Positions 36,124-40,051 of a DNA stretch of 40,051 nt are shown here, piece by piece. How positions within the stretch are numbered: position 1 is the stretch's first letter; each line of letters starts with the position of its first letter. The DNA lies in NCBI GenBank assembly GCA_036745155.1, contig DAIOGR010000002.1, forward strand, positions 1 to 40,051, written 5' to 3'. The position numbers and the translations under genes were made by a program. Source of the DNA: Gaiella sp. (GTDB lineage: Bacteria; Actinomycetota; Thermoleophilia; Gaiellales; Gaiellaceae). The notes beneath the pieces were generated by a model. It searched no databases and had not been told where the DNA came from. It saw nothing but the letters and a program-made list of their open reading frames with translations.

Positions 36124-36785
36124 GCGAAGCTCCCTCGGGAGAGCCGCGCGTCAGCGAGCTCGACCGTGTCAAGCAGGAGTACACGCAAGCCGCGCGCCAG
36201 ATCCTGCAGCGCTCGATGCGCGGCGTCGCCAGGACGAAGCTGACGCCGGACATGCTGACGGTGGCCGGCGTCACCCTCTGCCTCGTGGGGGCGGTGCTCG
36301 TCGGCTTCGAGGATCGCGGCGAGAAGCTCTTCTTCTGGCTCGGCGGCGTGCTGTTCGTGATCGGCTCGGTCGCCGACATCCTCGACGGCGCGCTCGCGCG
36401 GGCTGCGAGCAAGGGAACCGTCTTCGGAGCGTTCCTCGACTCGACCTTCGACCGGCTCGGCGAGGCGGCCATGCTGGCCGCGATCGGGCTCGTCTTCGCC
36501 CGCCGGGGCAACGACACGGCGCTCGTGGCGACCTTCGCGGCCGTGATCGGCTCGTTCCTCGTCAGCTACACGCGGGCCAAGGCCGAAGCGCTCGGGCTGC
36601 GCGGCGACATCGGCTTCGGCTCGCGCGTCGAGCGGGTGGTGCTGATCTCCGTCGGCCTCGGCCTGGCCCCCTGGGGCTGGCTGCAGTGGCCGGTCTACGC
36701 GCTTGCCGCGACAGCCTGGATCACGGTGATTCAGCGCATCCTGTTCGTGCGCCGGCAGCTGCGCGAGCTCGCCGCCACCTCGTAG
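36120..36785 (+). CDS. pgsA: CDP-alcohol phosphatidyltransferase (probable phosphatidylinositol-phosphate synthase)
   Basis: DILDGALAR..GAFLDSTFDR motif, VSYTRAKAE; adjacent to ino1. Confidence 0.85.
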   Translation: MSEAPSGEPRVSELDRVKQEYTQAARQILQRSMRGVARTKLTPDMLTVAGVTLCLVGAVLVGFEDRGEKLFFWLGGVLFVIGSVADILDGALARAASKGTVFGAFLDSTFDRLGEAAMLAAIGLVFARRGNDTALVATFAAVIGSFLVSYTRAKAEALGLRGDIGFGSRVERVVLISVGLGLAPWGWLQWPVYALAATAWITVIQRILFVRRQLRELAATS

Positions 36786-36886
36786 GGCCGCAGGGATAGC
36801 CGGGCTGGGGGCGCCGGCGCAGCCGCGAAATGAGGCCACCTCGCCCCGACGTCTTCCCTGCCCGAAGAGGCCGGCGCAGTCAACGC

Positions 36887-36916
36887 TATACTGCTAGCAC
36901 TTGTCTGCTAGCACTT
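36887..36916 (+). promoter_or_regulatory. -10 box plus tandem TGCTAGCA operator-like repeats at the ino1 start
   Basis: TATACT at 36887-36892; CTGCTAGCACTT repeated at 36891 and 36905. Confidence 0.7.
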
Positions 36917-38421
36917 CTCTGAGAAAGAGCGTTCTGGTCAGAGCGCCCTCGTCGCTGAAAGAGGCGGTCGTGCGCGAGACCGCGCGACGCGGCGCCAGCT
37001 TGAACGACGTCGCCGTCGGCATCCTCGCCGACGCATTCCACGTCCCGTACACCCCGTCGGGCCGCAAGAGCCCGCTTCCCGGCTCGAGCCCCGTCGTCCT
37101 TCTGCGCATGCCGCCGGAACTGAAGGACGCGATCCAGGCCGAGGCGTTCCGCCGCGGCTCCAACACGAACGACATCATCCTCGCCTCGCTCGCCGACGGG
37201 CTGGGCATCCCCTTCGAATCCAACGCACGCAGGTCGGTTCCCTTCGGGGGCGGCCGCGGAAAGGACACACCCATGGCCGAATCGAATGGCTCCGCGAACG
37301 GGAAAGCGCGCCAGAAGGACAAGGTGCGCGTCGCCATCATCGGCGTCGGCAACTGCGCCAACTCACTGTTGCAGGGCGTCGAGTACTACAAGGACGCGAA
37401 GGCCGACGAGTTCGTCCCCGGCCTGATGCACGTCGACCTCGGCGGCTACCACATCTCGGACATCGAGTTCACGGCCGCCTTCGACGTCGTCAAGGGCAAG
37501 GTCGGCGTCGACCTCGCCGAGGCGATGTGGGCGTTCCCGAACGACACGATCAAGTTCGCCGACGTGCCCAAGACGGGCATCACCGTCTCACGCGGCATGA
37601 CGCACGACGGTATCGGCAAGTACCTCTCGCAGATCGTCGAGAAGGCCCCCGGCGAGACGGCCGACATCGTCGGGATCCTCAAGGAGACCGGCACCGACGT
37701 CGTCGTCAACTACCTGCCGGTCGGCTCCGAGATGGCGGCCAAGTGGTATGCGGAGCAGATCCTCGAGGCCGGGTGCGCGATGGTGAACTGCATGCCCGTC
37801 TTCATCGCCCGCGAGCACTACTGGCAGAAGCGCTTCCAGGACGCCGGCGTGCCCATCATCGGCGACGACATCAAGTCGCAGGTCGGCGCGACGATCTCGC
37901 ACCGCGTGCTGACGAGCCTCTTCCGCGAGCGCGGCGTCCACCTCGACCGCACCATGCAGCTGAACGTCGGTGGCAACTCCGACTTCAGCAACATGCTGGA
38001 GCGCGAGCGCCTCGAGTCGAAGAAGATCTCGAAGACGAACGCGGTCACCTCGATGCTCGACTACGACCTCGGCGAGGGCAACGTGCACGTCGGCCCGTCC
38101 GACTACGTGCCGTGGCTGACCGACCGCAAGTGGGCGTACATCCGCATGGAGGGCTCGGCCTTCGGCGACGTGCCGCTCAACCTGGAGCTGAAGCTCGAGG
38201 TATGGGACTCGCCGAACTCGGCCGGAATCGTGATCGACGCCGTCCGCATGGCGAAGCTCGCGCTCAACAACGGCATTGCCGGCGCGCTGGAGGGCCCGTC
38301 CAGCTATCTGATGAAGTCGCCGCCCATCCAGATCGTCGACAGCGAGGCGCACGAGAACACGGAGAAGTTCATCAAGCAGAATGCGCGCAAGCCCGAGAAG
38401 AAGGCTGCCGCGAAGGCGTAG
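36901..38421 (+). CDS. ino1: Inositol-3-phosphate synthase with N-terminal tandem ribbon-helix-helix-like extension
   Basis: [36 protein letters not shown]; 124-aa in-frame extension; internal AAGGA+ATG at 37273. Confidence 0.92.
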   Translation: MSASTSLRKSVLVRAPSSLKEAVVRETARRGASLNDVAVGILADAFHVPYTPSGRKSPLPGSSPVVLLRMPPELKDAIQAEAFRRGSNTNDIILASLADGLGIPFESNARRSVPFGGGRGKDTPMAESNGSANGKARQKDKVRVAIIGVGNCANSLLQGVEYYKDAKADEFVPGLMHVDLGGYHISDIEFTAAFDVVKGKVGVDLAEAMWAFPNDTIKFADVPKTGITVSRGMTHDGIGKYLSQIVEKAPGETADIVGILKETGTDVVVNYLPVGSEMAAKWYAEQILEAGCAMVNCMPVFIAREHYWQKRFQDAGVPIIGDDIKSQVGATISHRVLTSLFRERGVHLDRTMQLNVGGNSDFSNMLERERLESKKISKTNAVTSMLDYDLGEGNVHVGPSDYVPWLTDRKWAYIRMEGSAFGDVPLNLELKLEVWDSPNSAGIVIDAVRMAKLALNNGIAGALEGPSSYLMKSPPIQIVDSEAHENTEKFIKQNARKPEKKAAAKA

Positions 38422-38435
38422 CACGCCTTCCCCGT

Positions 38436-38473
38436 AACGCTGGAGGGCCGCCCGCAGGCGGCCCTCCAGCGTT
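38436..38473. terminator. Bidirectional terminator hairpin
   Basis: Perfect 17-bp stem AACGCTGGAGGGCCGCC / GGCGGCCCTCCAGCGTT with a 4-nt loop, between convergent ino1 and the radical SAM gene. Confidence 0.85.
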
Positions 38474-39612
38474 CAGGCACCGACAGCGAAGGCGCAGGCC
38501 GGATCCTCTGCGAGCGGATCCCCCGAGGCAGCATACGCGCGGGAGCGCGACCCGCCGCAGAGCTCCCGGTACTCGCAGCGGCCGCACTTGCCGTGGAACG
38601 CGGCGGCCCTGATCTGCTGCAGGAGCGGGTGCCCCCGGTAGAGCTCGACGATGTCGTGCTCCTTCACGTTCCCGAGCACGAGAGGGAGGAAGCCTGCCGG
38701 GTAGACGTCACCGGTGGACGAGACGAACACGATGCCGCGTCCGTCACGGGTGCCCTTGGTCTGAGCCTTCGACACCGACGTCGGCGGGCCCAGCTCGTTC
38801 AACAAGCCTTCCGAGAGACGTGTGTAGAGCGCCCCCACCGGCCCGTCGCGCCCCTCTTCGCGCCAGGCGACGACACGGCGGAACATGGGGCCCTCGACGG
38901 TGCGCACGATGAAGCCGTAGCGCGACGCGTCGTAGAGGAACTGGCACACGTCCTCGTTCTCGTCCGGGCCCAGCTCGCTCATGGAGGTGCCGCGACCGAC
39001 GTTGACGAGGAAGAACACCTCCCAGATGGAAGCGCCGCCGTCCCGGACGATCCGGGCGACCTGCGGCAGCTCTGCGACGTTCTCCGCGGTGACCACGGTA
39101 TTCACCTGGACGACGAGCCCGAGGGCTCGCATGCGCCGCAGCGCGTCGAGGGTCTCGGCGAAGTGGCCCTCCACGCCGCGCATGCCCTCGTGCGTGGCGG
39201 CCGAGGCGCCGTCGAGGCTGAGCGAGGCGACCTTCACACCAAGCCGGCGGAGCTCCGCCAGACGCTCGTCCGTGAGCAGCGGTGTCACGCTCGGCGCCAG
39301 GGCGACGGGCACGCCGACCTCACGGGCATGAGCCACGAGCTCACCGAGGTCGTGTCGCATGAGCGCGTCCCCACCCGTGATCACGAGGATCGGAGCCGGT
39401 CGCTCGAACGCGGCGAGCGAGTCGATGAACCGCAGCGACTCCTCCGTCGTCAGCTCACCGGGAACCGGCGCAGCCTGTGCCTCCGCGCGACAGTGCCGGC
39501 AGGCGAGCAGGCAGGCGCGTGTCGACTCCCAGAAGACGAGGATCGGGCGCGAGTCGAGGTCCACCCTGGCCCGAGCAGCGCGCTCTGCTGTGGGAATGGG
39601 CACGTACCGCAC
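38473..39612 (-). CDS. Radical SAM/SPASM protein (TIGR04053-like; NirJ/AhbD-related)
   Basis: FWESTRACLLACRHC, TGGD, C-terminal CGRCEYRELCGGSRSRAYA..DPAC; GTG at 39603 is a plausible alternative start. Confidence 0.88.
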   Translation of the reverse strand: MRYVPIPTAERAARARVDLDSRPILVFWESTRACLLACRHCRAEAQAAPVPGELTTEESLRFIDSLAAFERPAPILVITGGDALMRHDLGELVAHAREVGVPVALAPSVTPLLTDERLAELRRLGVKVASLSLDGASAATHEGMRGVEGHFAETLDALRRMRALGLVVQVNTVVTAENVAELPQVARIVRDGGASIWEVFFLVNVGRGTSMSELGPDENEDVCQFLYDASRYGFIVRTVEGPMFRRVVAWREEGRDGPVGALYTRLSEGLLNELGPPTSVSKAQTKGTRDGRGIVFVSSTGDVYPAGFLPLVLGNVKEHDIVELYRGHPLLQQIRAAAFHGKCGRCEYRELCGGSRSRAYAASGDPLAEDPACAFAVGA

Positions 39613-39717
39613 GCTCGGGCGCGGTCACACGGGCCGCATCGTGGGTGCCGCCGATCGGCGCTGCGGGAAACCCGTACGAAATCGGCCCGGCGCGGCCCAG
39701 AGCTCTGATTCGAGCTT

Positions 39718-39933
39718 TCAGGCCACGCGCGGCGCCGTTTCCACGGCCTCGAAGCCGATCTGCTTGTGGGTTGCGTCGCAGAACGGCTTGTTGCCCGAGT
39801 GGCCGCAGCGGCACAGCACCACGGAGGTGCCGGGAGGAAGCTCGAAGGCGACGCCCTCGAAGTCGACGATCGTGATCGGCCCCGTCACTTTCAAAGGCCC
39901 GTTCTGGCGCACGGAAATGGTGACATCGCTCAT
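39718..39933 (-). CDS. CDGSH iron-sulfur domain protein
   Basis: NGPL, LCRCGHSGNKPFCDATH. Confidence 0.92.
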   Translation of the reverse strand: MSDVTISVRQNGPLKVTGPITIVDFEGVAFELPPGTSVVLCRCGHSGNKPFCDATHKQIGFEAVETAPRVA

Positions 39934-39944
39934 GCCGCGACTCT

Positions 39945-39974
39945 AGATGAGTAGTTCCACGGAACTACTCATCT
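39945..39974. repeat. Perfect 14-bp inverted repeat, candidate operator
   Basis: AGATGAGTAGTTCC-AC-GGAACTACTCATCT, abutting the TAGAGT -10 of the CDGSH gene. Confidence 0.75.
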
Positions 39975-40026
39975 GGATGCCGCGCGCAGCCGGCCACCTG
40001 CCAGGCTCTACACTCCTTGTCTCCCC

Positions 40027-40051
40027 ATGGCCCTCCGGATCTGCCTCGTCA
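40027..40051 (+). CDS. Possible 5' end of a gene (MALRICLV..., resembles GT4 glycosyltransferase N-termini)
   Basis: ATG downstream of TACACT; only 8 codons visible. Confidence 0.3.

Overview
A very GC-rich, gene-dense, mostly core-genome chromosomal segment. The gene set (HspR with HAIR boxes, MqnB, actinobacterial-type Ino1) fits an actinobacterium, and I infer Thermoleophilia/Gaiellales-like. Gene order: truncated membrane protein, pth, rplY, divergent secreted cupredoxin-like protein, prs, glmU, tRNA-Gln(UUG), ispE, rsmA, tatD, metG, M23 peptidase, rsmI, ROK kinase, LCP protein, FmdB zinc ribbon, GT-C glycosyltransferase, small membrane protein, PfkB kinase, a structured ~230-nt spacer, psuG, enolase-superfamily protein, aminotransferase, GYD protein, membrane protein, mqnB, clpB-hspR-dnaJ-grpE-dnaK, two DMT transporters, moaA, nifJ, DHOD-like flavoprotein, PAP2/AUR1-like protein, PIP synthase, ino1, radical SAM/SPASM protein, CDGSH protein. 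I saw no mobile element or CRISPR array. The most notable observations are: (1) Ino1 carries an in-frame N-terminal tandem ribbon-helix-helix extension, with two TGCTAGCA palindromes over its own promoter/start and an internal SD+ATG, suggesting an autoregulated two-isoform enzyme-repressor; (2) a shared 16-bp box lies 22-23 nt upstream of the -10 of four scattered genes, three of them redox-related, suggesting a regulon; (3) a nested-stem structured element sits between pfkB and psuG; (4) a perfect 14-bp inverted repeat covers the CDGSH promoter; (5) leaderless and superimposed bidirectional promoters are pervasive.
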